Assembly (NCBI GenBank): GCA_963802945.1
Contig: CAWDKY010000032.1
Coordinates: forward strand, 1 to 64,000
Direction: 5' to 3'
Source of the DNA: an uncultured delta proteobacterium
GTDB taxonomy: Bacteria > Desulfobacterota > RBG-13-43-22
Length of the DNA: 64,000 nucleotides
In this document: piece after piece, positions 1-10,656 of the stretch
Numbering within the stretch: the first letter of the stretch is position 1
Layout: each line of letters opens with the position of its first letter
Position numbers and translations under genes: made by a program
The notes under the pieces: generated by a model
What the model was told of the DNA's origin: nothing
The model's input: only the letters and a program-made list of their open reading frames with translations
Databases searched by the model: none

Positions 1-1958
1 CCTCACCGGTTTCCAAATCCACACTGACTTCGGCAATCATAGCCGAACAGCCATAGGCCGGGGAGGTCCCGACCGTCGCCCCTTTAAATGAGCCGCCCAG
101 CTTGGGTGGTTTATATTTGCCCGTGCCGACAATAGTTCCTCGATCTAAATAAGCCAGACGGGCTGCTTCTTTAAAAGTCAAGTGATCTCCCTGAGGTGGA
201 TCGGTCCAGCCCCGATGCTCTTTAATATAGCCGATGCGTATTGGTTCGAAATCCGGGGTGAGGCCTTCAAAAAAAATCAAGCCGTTGCGGACCGAAATCT
301 TTTCCACTGGAACGTTCAGGCTTTCAGACAATACCTCTAAGACCTGACGTTTGGCATCTTCGGCCGCTTCCTTGGTCGCATATCCGGTCATCAGGGTTTG
401 ACGGCTGGAATAGGCCCCCAGGTCCACGGACAGGTCTGTGTCCCCGGAGACGACCCGCACATCCTCATAGCAGACCCCCAGGGCCTCAGCGGCGATCATA
501 GCCAAGGCCGTGTCCGAGCCCTGGCCGATTTCGGCACTGCCTGTCTGGACCTGGATGGTCCCGCCGTCCTCGGAAATTTTAACCACCACGGTGGCATGAT
601 AGGTATCGGAACGATAAATAGGATAACCGGCACCGGAGACAAAGAAGCCGCAGGCCATGCCAATGCCTTTGCCTTTGGGCAGGCGGCCTTTTTTCTGTTT
701 CCAATCCGAATGATCCTGGATAGCTTCGATACATTCTTTCATCCCCAGGCTGCTCATGTTCAGCTCGTTGCAGGTTGTGTCTCCGGTTTCCATGATGTTT
801 TTTAAACGCATTTCCACCGGGTCGATGCCCAGTTCTTCGGCGATAATGTCCAACTGCTGTTCGAATCCGGCCCGGGCGGCCACGCCGCCATGTCCCCTTT
901 GGGCCCCGCAAGCCGGACGATTGGTGTAAACCCGAAAGCCGTCGTATTTCATATTGGGGAGTTTATAGGGGCCGCCCAAAAGCGAGCCGGCATAATAGAC
1001 CGTGGCTATCCCGAAGCTGGAATAGGCCCCACCTTCCAGAATGCAGGTATTGTGAAGGGCCATCAGGGTTCCGTCTTTCTTAACCCCGGTTTTAAAGGTG
1101 TGAAAAAATTGATGACGAGCCCGGCTGTGCAGAAAGACCTGTTCTCGGGTAAAATGCATCTTTACCGGGCGATGGGTTTTGACGGATAGCAGGCAGCCGA
1201 CCAATTCCAGGGTGGAAGCCGAGGCCTTGGGACCGAATCCGCCGCCCACATAGGGTTTGATGACTCTCACCTTGCCGACGTGCATTTGTAAAACCATGGC
1301 CACGGTTCGCTGGACATAATGGGGGACTTGGGTGGAACTGTAAAGGGTCAAAAAACCGTGGTGATCAAAGACGGCCACCACGTTGTTGGGTTCCAAGAAA
1401 GGCGGCATCCTGACGCTTATTGACAAACCGATGTTCATGGATCAGGTCGCATCGGGCAAAGGCCGCTTCCACATCACCGAACTCCTGGTGAACCTCGGCG
1501 CAGATATTGCGGGCGAAGGTCTCATGGATCTGAGGGGCCCCTTCGCTCATGGCCTCGAAAGGATCAAAGACAGCCGGAAGTTCCTCGTAATCCACCCGGA
1601 TCAATCCTAAGGCTTCCTGAGCCGTTTCCCAATCCATAGCAGCTACGGCAGCCACTTCATCCCCGACATAACGCACCTTATCGACCGCCAGGATGGTTTC
1701 GTCGTAACGGGCCGGGGAAACACCATAAGGGATGACCTTCACATCCCTGGCCGTTAACACATATTTTACTCCGAGAAGTTTCTTGGCCTGTGACGTATCG
1801 ATGTTTAAAATGCGGGCATGGGCCAAAGGACTTTGCAATACGGCCCCGTAAAGCATATTCGGAAAATGCAGATCATCAGTATAAATAGCCCGTCCGGTGG
1901 CCTTGTCCGGCGCATCCAGCCTTGGGGCCCGGCTATTGATGACGCTGTAGGAGTTCAT
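1..1958 (-). CDS. Xanthine dehydrogenase-family molybdopterin-binding large subunit (HcrA/CoxL-like); apparent frameshift near 1398; runs off the left edge
   Basis: ORF 1365-1958 has the a/b hammerhead N-terminus (RLDAPDKATGRAIYTDDL, SPLAHARI, DKVRYVGDEVAAVAA). Hand translation past one extra base continues LEPNNVVA..STQVPH..VGGGFGPK..GAQRGHGG..EIGQG..AYSSRQT..AEVSVDLETGE to the edge. Confidence 0.9.
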
Positions 1959-1977
1959 AAATTTTGTCCTTCCTTTA

Positions 1978-2162
1978 GAGGTTGCTGAAAAAGGCCCATC
2001 TATCCCGCCAACGGCGGGATTGCCATCACCCCTCCCCGCCTTTCGGCGGGGCAGGCTATGCAGCGTACTTCTTTGTTCGCCTCATTCCTCGGAATTTCCG
2101 GCGTCTTGTATCTAAACCTTTTTGAGCAACCTGTAATAAAGAATGTTTCAGCATCCTGTTAA
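1978..2162. repeat. MITE-like dispersed element, copy 1, with nested GC hairpins
   Basis: Inverted ends AGGTTGCTGAAAAAGG / CCTTTTTGAGCAACCT. Internal GCAGCGTAC..TTCGCCTCATTCCTC..GTATCT is shared with 32211-32340 and 60126-60337. Confidence 0.75.
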
Positions 2163-2270
2163 GTAACAAAGTTGGATTTAAAGGTTCCAGCGTTTAAAAA
2201 AGTTAACGATATAAGGTGCACTATGTAAGGCATATGGCTTTTCCTTGAATCTTCTGCCTCTCCGCAGGCC

Positions 2271-2735
2271 TTATACCTTATTGGCCACAGCTTGAATGGC
2301 ATCCACTATTTTCTGATAACCCGTGCAGCGGCAAAGGTTGCCGCTGATGGCTTCCCGAATTTCCGATTTGGCAGGCCTTGGGTTTTTATCCAACAAGGCC
2401 TTGGCCGACAGGATCATCCCGGGACTGCAAAAGCCGCATTGGATGCTGCCGTGCTCCACAAAAGCCTGTTGAATGGGATGGAGTTTTCCTTCCTCGGAGA
2501 GTCCTTCGATAGTCAGTATCTGGTGCCCTTCAGCTTCCACAGCCAGGACCAGACAGGAATTGACCGGTTGTCCGTCCATTAGGACGGTACACGAGCCGCA
2601 GTCCCCCAGACTGCAGCCCTGTTTAGTTCCTGTCAGCCTTAAATTTTCTCTAAGCACTTGAGTCAAGGTTCGGTTTACCGGTATAACCAGATCATACTCC
2701 CGGCCATTGACCTCAAGGGTAATCATTTTTTTCAT
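2271..2735 (-). CDS. 2x[2Fe-2S] small subunit of the molybdenum hydroxylase (CoxS/HcrC-like)
   Basis: GTKQGCSLGDCGSCTV, SCL, QCGFCSPG and GNLCRCTGY motifs. Confidence 0.95.
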   Translation of the reverse strand: MKKMITLEVNGREYDLVIPVNRTLTQVLRENLRLTGTKQGCSLGDCGSCTVLMDGQPVNSCLVLAVEAEGHQILTIEGLSEEGKLHPIQQAFVEHGSIQCGFCSPGMILSAKALLDKNPRPAKSEIREAISGNLCRCTGYQKIVDAIQAVANKV

Positions 2736-2745
2736 GGGAAATCTC

Positions 2746-3630
2746 CTACATTTTTTTCATGAGTTGCCGATAAGCGTCTTTCAGGGTGCGTAAGCTCAAA
2801 ATCTTCACCATGTCTTGACGATAATCCGCAGATCCGCGATGGTCGGTGATGGGTTTGGAGTCCTGAGCCGCAGCCTGGGCTGCCTCTTTAAAAACAGGGT
2901 CCTCTTCATTTTTAGGTCTGGCGCCTTTCAGGATTTTAGCCGCCGAAGGCGCAAGCATCGGGATAGGGGCCACTGCACCCAAGGCCACTCGGGCCTGCTG
3001 GATCGAACCATCGGGTGTCAGTTCGAGGAAAGAGGCGACATTGACCAGGGCAATTTCCAAAGCTTTCCGACTTCCCAATTTGATATAGGCTCCGGCCCCT
3101 TGGGTTTTGGGGATAAGGATTTGAGTCAGAATCTCATCGACCTGAATGGCGGTCTGGCCGGGTCCCAGAAAAAAATTGTCCAGGGGTATTGTGCGTTCTC
3201 CTTTGGGTCCTTTTAAAACCACCTCGGCCGATAAGACCAACAAGGGTGGCGCCAGATCGGAAGCCGGACGGGCCGTGACTAAATTCCCTCCTAGAGTGGC
3301 CCGGTTGCGAACCAAAGGCGATCCCAGTCTTCCGGCCCCCTGGGCCAATATGGGAATCTTTTCTTGAATCAGTTTGGAGTTGGAAAGATTAGACGCCGTT
3401 CCTAAAGGACCGAGAACCAGCCTTGTTCGGCTTTGATAGGAGACCTCGTCCAGGCCTTCAATTCTGTTCAGGCTGATAATCTGTTCTGGTGACAGAAGTT
3501 TCTTTTTCATGTTGACCAGAAGATCAGTCCCACCGGCCAGAACTTTGGATTTGGCCCCATAATGAGCTAATAGGGAACAGGCCTCATCAATCGTTGTTGG
3601 GGCATGATAAGCAAATTTAGGTAAGAGCAT
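2746..3630 (-). CDS. FAD-binding medium subunit of the molybdenum hydroxylase (CoxM-like)
   Basis: LAGGTDL, RNRATLGGN, PASD and DHRGSADYR motifs. ATG at 3630 follows GGAGG. Confidence 0.93.
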   Translation of the reverse strand: MLLPKFAYHAPTTIDEACSLLAHYGAKSKVLAGGTDLLVNMKKKLLSPEQIISLNRIEGLDEVSYQSRTRLVLGPLGTASNLSNSKLIQEKIPILAQGAGRLGSPLVRNRATLGGNLVTARPASDLAPPLLVLSAEVVLKGPKGERTIPLDNFFLGPGQTAIQVDEILTQILIPKTQGAGAYIKLGSRKALEIALVNVASFLELTPDGSIQQARVALGAVAPIPMLAPSAAKILKGARPKNEEDPVFKEAAQAAAQDSKPITDHRGSADYRQDMVKILSLRTLKDAYRQLMKKM

Positions 3631-3790
3631 GCATTCCTCCAAAAAAAGCGGGGGCCCTATGGTCAATGACGAGCAATAGTCACAAATTCCAGATAGCTAA
3701 AGGGATGGTCCAAAATGGTCCGGACCCCGATTTCCATCGGGGTGATCGTTATGGTAAAGTTATATTATAATTACATTATAGTTATCAGAA

Positions 3791-3820
3791 ACTATAAAGA
3801 GCCAAGAAGGTTGTTGTCAA
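3791..3820 (-). promoter_or_regulatory. Sigma70-type promoter for the molybdoenzyme operon
   Basis: Minus strand TTGACA-N18-TATAGT. Confidence 0.55.
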
Positions 3821-3895
3821 GAGGAAAAATGGTTGATGGATTAACTTGCTTATAAGAATATTCGATATGGGTTTCTAAATATCAACCCTTGTTTC

Positions 3896-4255
3896 TTATC
3901 CGGTTATTGAGGTATTAAATTCCACTTCGAGATGCATTCCGGCTGCCCAGGCCTTTAAGAGCCGGGCGTTGACCCTGGCCTGCTTTATGCGGATTGTTTG
4001 GATTTCAGTTTCCTTAATCTTTTCCGCCCGGGTAAATCCCAGACAGCAGAAATAATGCCAATCTTTATAACCTCCAAATGGGGTTCCATCCAAGGGGCGA
4101 TTGGCGGCCTTTATCCCCCGGGCGATCTGACGGTCCACCGGAACCACCACATGATACCTCCTGCCGTCGGGGGAAATTCCAAGATATCCTTCGTTGCCGC
4201 AGTCTTCATCCAGGGTTGCCCGGACCATATCGTTAAAGTTGATCTGTAAAATCAT
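3896..4255 (-). CDS. Hypothetical protein (119 aa)
   Basis: Protein-like composition, co-oriented with neighbours. No motif recognised. Confidence 0.7.
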   Translation of the reverse strand: MILQINFNDMVRATLDEDCGNEGYLGISPDGRRYHVVVPVDRQIARGIKAANRPLDGTPFGGYKDWHYFCCLGFTRAEKIKETEIQTIRIKQARVNARLLKAWAAGMHLEVEFNTSITG

Positions 4256-4347
4256 CGTTACTGGATTCTCGATCCTGGGTTAGAGGTTTTGCGAAATCAT
4301 GAGATTTCATCCAACATCCAGTATCCAGAAATTAGTATCCAATTTTT

Positions 4348-4548
4348 TCATCCTCCGAAGGCCGGATGAATGAATTCCAAGACATCCCCTTCCGTTAAAT
4401 AAGTGGATTCATAATCTTTCTGATGAATAAAACGATGGTTTAATTCCACGATCATATGGATCTCAAATTCCCGGCTGGAATGGATCACATCGTTTATAGA
4501 GGTCTTTTCCGGAAGGGATTCTTTAAAACCATTAATGACGGCCCACAT
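4348..4548 (-). CDS. ThiS/MoaD-family ubiquitin-like sulfur carrier
   Basis: 66 aa, N-terminal VING, LTEGDVLEFI and a C-terminal GG. Confidence 0.85.
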   Translation of the reverse strand: MWAVINGFKESLPEKTSINDVIHSSREFEIHMIVELNHRFIHQKDYESTYLTEGDVLEFIHPAFGG

Positions 4549-4569
4549 GGTAAAAATTTTTCGGCCCTG

Positions 4570-4929
4570 CTATTTTTTTAAATGTTTTTTCACCGTTTCT
4601 TTAAGCTCCGTCAGATCGGAAGATTTGACCACGTAATCCTCCGAGGCCCAGACTGAAAAATCCTGCTTGAATTCACTATAGGCCGAGCAAAGGATGACCG
4701 GTATTCGGGGATATTTTTCCTTGATGATTCTCAGGGTTTCAATGCCGTTCATTTCCGGCATGCGGATATCCATAACGATGATATCCGGCAGGTGATCCGA
4801 ATCCTCCAAACAGGAGAGCACCTCTTTGCCGTTTCCGGCTATCATGACCTCATAGCCTTCTTCTTCAAATTCTTCCTGGTAAAGCCTTTGGAGGGACTCT
4901 TCATCGTCAGCGATTAATATCCGTTTCAT
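4570..4929 (-). CDS. Single-domain response regulator
   Basis: ILIADDE, DIRMPEMNG and ILCSAY receiver motifs. ATG at 4929. Confidence 0.93.
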   Translation of the reverse strand: MKRILIADDEESLQRLYQEEFEEEGYEVMIAGNGKEVLSCLEDSDHLPDIIVMDIRMPEMNGIETLRIIKEKYPRIPVILCSAYSEFKQDFSVWASEDYVVKSSDLTELKETVKKHLKK

Positions 4930-7367
4930 GGTTTTCCTCCCTAAAAAATTTGTTTTTTCGCAAATGTTGCCGGGCTTCTTTGGCTGTAGGAAACTTGATG
5001 AGAAATGAGATCCCTTCTCCCGGCCGGTTATCGATAGCCACTTCCCCATTATGGCGGGTGACGATTTTATGAACTAAGGGCAGACCTAAACCCGAGCCGT
5101 GATCCTTGGTGGTAAAAAAAGGATTAAAGATATTATGCAGGAGTTCGGGCGGAATTCCTCCTCCGGTATCCTTGACCTCACAAGTGACCCAGGAGCGATC
5201 CGGCCCTTTGTCTAAATAGGTCCGCACCGTCAACAACCCTCCCTGGGGCATGGCCTGACAGGAATTTAAAAACAGGTTGTAAAAAACATGGCCCAACTCG
5301 CGGTTGTCTCCAAAGACTTTGGGAATTTTCCCCCATTCTTTTTGAACCCGGATATTTTTCTCATCCAATTCCCTTTGAATAAGACTCAGGGCTTCTTCCA
5401 CGATTCGATTAAGTTCCCATTCTTTGTATTTCCCTCGCGGGTCTTGGGAAAAATCCATGATTTCATTCAAGATTTTTTCCAGCCGCTCGACCTCATTGAT
5501 GATCACCTGGAAATAGGACTGGGCCTGATCATCGTCAGGAAATTTTTTATGAAGGCGGCGAACAAAACCTCCGATGGAAACCAGCGGATTTCTGATCTCA
5601 TGGGCCAATCCGGAGGCCATTTCGCCGATGGCCACCATTTTTTCCGATTCAATCAACCGTTCTCGGGTCACTTTAAGTTCTTCGTTGGTTTTTTCAATGA
5701 AGGCATAGAGACGGGCATTCTCCAAGGCCAGCCCGGCCTGATGAGCCAACATGGACAATAAATAGAGGTCTTGTTCGGTGATCGGACGTTTGTCCAAAAA
5801 ATTATCCACCTCGATCACCCCGACCACTTTATCCTTGGCATAGATAGGGATGGAGGCAAAGGAGTCCAATTGCAATCGTTTGGCCAGCTCTTTGTTGATG
5901 CGCGGGTCTTCAGAGATATGATTCACTAAGAAAGTCCGACCTTCCAAAAAGGTGCGGGATAGAATCCCCGATTCTTTGGTTAAGGGAACCTTGATATCCT
6001 GGACCACTTGATCCGTCTGTTGTCGGGTATTTCTGATTTGAGCGGCTTGTTTGAGAAAGTAACCGCTTAAGGCATTCCCGGTCAAACCTATTTGTTTTTG
6101 TAAGGGAGGGCCCTGACCGGATTCCCTTTGTATGGACCAGGCCATAGGGGTCAGCATTTTTTTGCCTTCATCGGCCAGAAACAGGATGGCCCGATTAAAC
6201 CCCAACCCTTCCTTCAAGGTAACGGCCTCCAAAATAATCTGAGGAAGATCTTTTAAGGAAGCCGAGGTCATCATGGCGCTGTCAATCTGGTACAACGTGG
6301 ATAAATTTCTGACCATCCATTCATTTTTTTTGGCCAGGGTCTCGATCTTTTGAAAGGTCAGGGCGTTTTCCAGAGAACTGGCAATGATATTGCCGATGGT
6401 GGAAAGAACCGACAGGTCATCCTCGTTAAAATGAGAGGCCGTATCGTCACCTAATGGAATCTTCTCATAGACACAAAGCCGACCCCGATAGGACCCCATA
6501 AAATTCAAGTTAATGCACATAAAAGAAGCCACCGAAGGCTTTTCCGCCGATTCTTGAGAATGGTCATCTTCAAGGGGGACATTGATCCAATCTTTTGTAG
6601 AACCGGCCCTCCGATTATAAATATGATCGCCTTTCCGGTTGACAATGTCTTGGAGGATTTTCCTTTTCACCTGAAAGGGTACCAGGCCGAATTCCTTTTC
6701 AACGATGACGGTTTCGGATTCTTTTTCCAATATCATCAAAGCCGAACCTGTGGCATTGATCACTTGGGCGGTAATAGCCACGGTACGCTCTATTAGATCA
6801 TCCAGTTCCAAGGTTGAGCCGATCACCTTGCCCACCTGGTACAAGACGCTGAGTTCGGCAATTCTTTTTTTGGATTCGGTGTAAACCCAGGAGTTTCGAA
6901 TAATGCCGGCCAGCTCACGGGCAATCAGGTCCAGCAGTTCCCACTGCTCCTGGTCAGGTTTTATGGCCTGTCGGGAAAGCAAACATAAAACCCCGTATAA
7001 TAAATTGTCGTCTTCAACAGGAAGGACGATCAGGGAATCAAACCCTTTAAACAGAGGGTTCTTGATCAGGGCCTTGTGCTCTTTCCGATTCAAACGGGGA
7101 ATGAAAAGGGGTGTTCGATTTTGAAGGGTGCTCTCCAATAGGAGTCCTGGCCAAATTAAAGGATTGGCCGTCCCAGGAGACCTCTCGAGGGCTGATCTTT
7201 TTTAATTCAAAGGCTTCATATCCCGGTGTTACGGAGAGAAGGATCGCCCTTTCCATCCCTTCCTTCCGGACCAGTAAATCCAAGATACCCTGAAGGCGGT
7301 CTTCAAATCCAATACTGGAATTGGCCACCTGGATCACTTTTTTTAACAGTTCAAGACCTCGTTCCAT
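4907..7367 (-). CDS. Multi-GAF sensor histidine kinase; apparent frameshift near 7139 joins ORFs 7047-7367 and 4907-7138
   Basis: H-box AHEIRNPL, N-box NLFLNS, DTGGGI, FNPFFTTK, GSGLGL. GAF ends such as AGLALENARLY. Removing one A fuses the two ORFs. Confidence 0.88.
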
Positions 7368-7376
7368 TAGGTTAAA

Positions 7377-8840
7377 TCAATTACTCCTTGCCTTTTTTCT
7401 CCCGGGCTTTTTATAAAGCGATTCATATTGAGAGGCTGATTTTCCCCAGGAAAAATCCTGATTCATCGCCCTTTGAATCAATCGTTTCCAGCGAGGCTTG
7501 TCCCGATAGACCGATAAGGCCCGCTGAATGGTCTGAAACAATTTTTCCTCTTCATACTCTTTGAATTTAAACCCAGTTCCCTGGTCGGTTTGGGGGTTGT
7601 AATCTTCAACCGTATCTTCCAATCCCCCTACGGCCCTGACGATGGGGATAGTCCCATATTTCAAGGCGTATAATTGATCGAGTCCGCAGGGTTCATAACG
7701 GGAGGGCATGAGCAGGATATCGGCCCCGGCCTGAATCTGGTGGGCCAGGGGCCCGTTATACCCCATTTCCAGACCGATGAAACCCGGATATTTCTCGGCC
7801 ATCTCCAAGGCCCAGACTTGATATTGTTCCAGACCTTGTCCCATTAAGATGACCTCTATTTCCAATTCCATCAACCGGGGGAATATCCGGCTGACCAGGT
7901 CCATACCTTTTCGATCCAGAAGACGGGAAATAATGGCTATTACTGGGAGTTCCCCCTTTTTCTTCAGGTGGAATAAATCCTGAAGATTGGCTTTACAAAC
8001 CTTTTTATTCTCCAGGCTTGGATGGTGTATACGTTGCAGACAACAAAGGATCCCTGGAGGGATCCCAAACCTCGTAATCCACCCCATTCAAAACAGCATA
8101 CAGGTCGGCTTCCCTGGTTTTGAGTACCCCTCCAAGCCAAACCCATTGGCCGGGGTTAGAATCTCTTTCCGGTAATTGGGGCTGACCGTATTCAAGATAT
8201 CGGCGAAAACGATCCCGCCTTTCATCAGGTTCAACTTGCCGAAGAACTCTAAAGCCTTGGGAGTAAAAAGTTCCCATCCCAATCCGGTCAAATGAAGGTC
8301 GTAGTGCCAGAAAAGGCCTTGATATCCCAGGTTGTGAATGGTGAAAAGACTGGCCGTTGATTGGAGAGAGGGGGCGTGGGCATATAGAGTTTTCAAATAA
8401 ACCGGTATTAATCCGGTTTGCCAGTCATTGCTATGGATGATATCGGGGTGAAGGTCCAGGGCCAGACATAATTCCAAAACAGCACGGGAGAAAAAGATAA
8501 AACGCTCGGCGTTGTCCTGGTAGTCTCCGTACTCATTTCCATATAGCCCTTCCCGGTCATAAAGGTCATCCCGGCCGATAAAATAAACCGATACCTTTTC
8601 GGCCAGACTGGATTGATAAATTTGAGCTGTTTTTTTCATCCAGGAGATAGGGACTTCCAGATGAGTATCCAGGAGCTTCAGCGGGGGTTTGATCTTTCTG
8701 GTTTGACGGTACTTGGGAGTGGCTATACATATTTCATGTCCCATTCGGGCCAAGGCCAAGGGCAGGTCGGCCGAAACGTCAGCCAGTCCCCCGGCCCTGG
8801 AAAAAGGACTGATTTCGGAAGTGGCAAAAAGGATCTTCAT
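7377..8840 (-). CDS. glgA: Glycogen synthase, split by two apparent frameshifts (~8128, ~8018)
   Basis: GGLADV, HSNDWQTGL, FTIHNLGYQG, NGVDYEVWDP and PSRYEPCGLDQLYALKYGT are spread over three overlapping ORFs. Confidence 0.9.
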
Positions 8841-9847
8841 TTTTCCTCCTCAAGACGAACTTCCCTTAGATATTTGGCGGCTTCTTCGGGAGGAGAGGGG
8901 TTGATATAAAACCCGGAACCCCATTCAAACCCGGCAATTCTGGTCAGTTTAGGGACGATTTCAAAATGCCAATGATAATAATCCCTATGAGATTCCTTGA
9001 CCGGAGAGGTATGGAGCATGAAGTTATAGGGCCGATTGTTCAAGGCTTTGTCCAAACGTTTCAAGGTCTCGGAAAAAATCTGGGCCAGGGAAGCAAATTT
9101 GCTCTCTTCCAGTTCGGTATAAACGGCGTTATGGGCTTTGGGGATAAGCCAGACTTCAAAAGGGGAACGGGGGGCAAAAGGGGAGCAGACCAGGAAGTCC
9201 TGGTTTTCAGCAACCACACGTATTTTGGCTTCCTGCTCCTGTCGGACGATGTCACAATAGACACAGCGGTCTTTGTAAGAGAAATATTTTTGGGAACCGT
9301 TTAACTCTTCATGAGCGACTTCAGGGATGACCGGCAAGGCGATCAATTGAGAGTGGCTGTGTTCCAGAGAAGCCCCGGCTGCCCGGCCTTGGTTTTTGAA
9401 GACCAGGATATATTGAAACCGGGGGTCTTTAGATAAGTCGACGATACGGTCCCGATAGGCCCGAAGGACGTCGGCAAAACGGTCGAGCGGCATGGTGGAA
9501 AGGGTTTCTTCGTGATCAGGGGTTTCGATGATAACTTCATGAGCCCCTATCCCGTTCATCTTGTCATATAAGCCCTCCCCAATTTTATTCAAACTGCCTT
9601 CAATAATGAGGGCTGGAAATTTATTGGCCACCACACGCAAGGTCCAGCCGGGTGTATTAGGCTGAGATCCCGGGGTTCGATAGGCAGTGATTTCCGGCGG
9701 GGTGGTTTTTTCATTCCCGGAATCAAAGGGGCAAAACCCCCCTTTGGGGGTCTCGTCCTCAGGGGCAAAGTCAAAAGGGCGCTTGGCCCTTTCGGTGGAA
9801 ATAATCACCCATCGCCCGACAATGGGATCCTTTCGCAATTCCGGCAT
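8837..9847 (-). CDS. galT: GalT-family hexose-1-phosphate nucleotidyltransferase
   Basis: ELRKDP, CPFD, NKFPAL, HEVIIETP and AGASLEHSHSQ (HxHxQ). Confidence 0.9.
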   Translation of the reverse strand: MPELRKDPIVGRWVIISTERAKRPFDFAPEDETPKGGFCPFDSGNEKTTPPEITAYRTPGSQPNTPGWTLRVVANKFPALIIEGSLNKIGEGLYDKMNGIGAHEVIIETPDHEETLSTMPLDRFADVLRAYRDRIVDLSKDPRFQYILVFKNQGRAAGASLEHSHSQLIALPVIPEVAHEELNGSQKYFSYKDRCVYCDIVRQEQEAKIRVVAENQDFLVCSPFAPRSPFEVWLIPKAHNAVYTELEESKFASLAQIFSETLKRLDKALNNRPYNFMLHTSPVKESHRDYYHWHFEIVPKLTRIAGFEWGSGFYINPSPPEEAAKYLREVRLEEEK

Positions 9848-10206
9848 TGAACCCTCCTCTTTTTCACAATTCCGAATGCAAGGAAATAAGAATAATTTTT
9901 ATTTTATCATTTTATTCCTTTAATGTACATGCCAAAACGGGAGTGAAAAAGTTTCAAATTTTTGGAAACCTTTGGATTTTTGGAAAGAATAGCAGATTAA
10001 ATTTATTAGCTTTAATCTTCTATCCCTTTTCATTTTTTAAAAAATTGCTGGCTATCGGGAGGGGAAAGTACATCATTGTTACTTGACTCATCGAACCGGG
10101 GAGGGGCTTAATGATATTACCTACCCTTGCCTTAACCAGTTCCACGGGTAAGACTGATCAGAACCAAATAAGTTTCAGAAAAGTCCATAAAGAATGATTC
10201 CTCCGG

Positions 10207-10656
10207 TCAGGAAACAGAAAAATCATATTCTTTTAATAATTTCCCATCCAAAAAAAGCTGGGCCTTCCAGGGACCGATAAAATTTCTCTCAAAGGGAGAG
10301 ATATTCAAGAGTCCTTTAGTAAAAGCCAAATAGGCCCAGGAGGTATAGTTCGGGATTTTAGATGAAATGTTTTCCTTGATTCGAACGGTTTCCTGAACCT
10401 TATTATCCGGCCGGATCCACAGGACCTTTATTTCGTGGTCCCCTTGAAGACCCGTCCAGACGGTATATAAATAGATCCGATCGTTTCTTGAAAAAGAAGC
10501 AATTGGAATCAGTCGGTTCAGGTCTTTAGTCAGGATAGAATGAAAGGTTGGGGCTTTGGTTTGAGCCAGGACAGCGGTCAAACAAAAAACACCGACCAGC
10601 AGGAATCCCATGCTGATCCACGGCTGGTTATGGAGTCTCTTTATTGTCTTGCCCAA
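10207..10656 (-). CDS. Hypothetical exported protein (Ig-like beta domain)
   Basis: Hydrophobic signal region ending VLA-Q. WIRPD and GPWKAQLFLDG pattern. Confidence 0.7.
   Translation of the reverse strand: MGKTIKRLHNQPWISMGFLLVGVFCLTAVLAQTKAPTFHSILTKDLNRLIPIASFSRNDRIYLYTVWTGLQGDHEIKVLWIRPDNKVQETVRIKENISSKIPNYTSWAYLAFTKGLLNISPFERNFIGPWKAQLFLDGKLLKEYDFSVS

Noticed and set aside
7377-8840. Programmed ribosomal frameshifting in glgA
   Set aside because: No slippery heptamer at the shift sites, and similar indels occur in unrelated genes.
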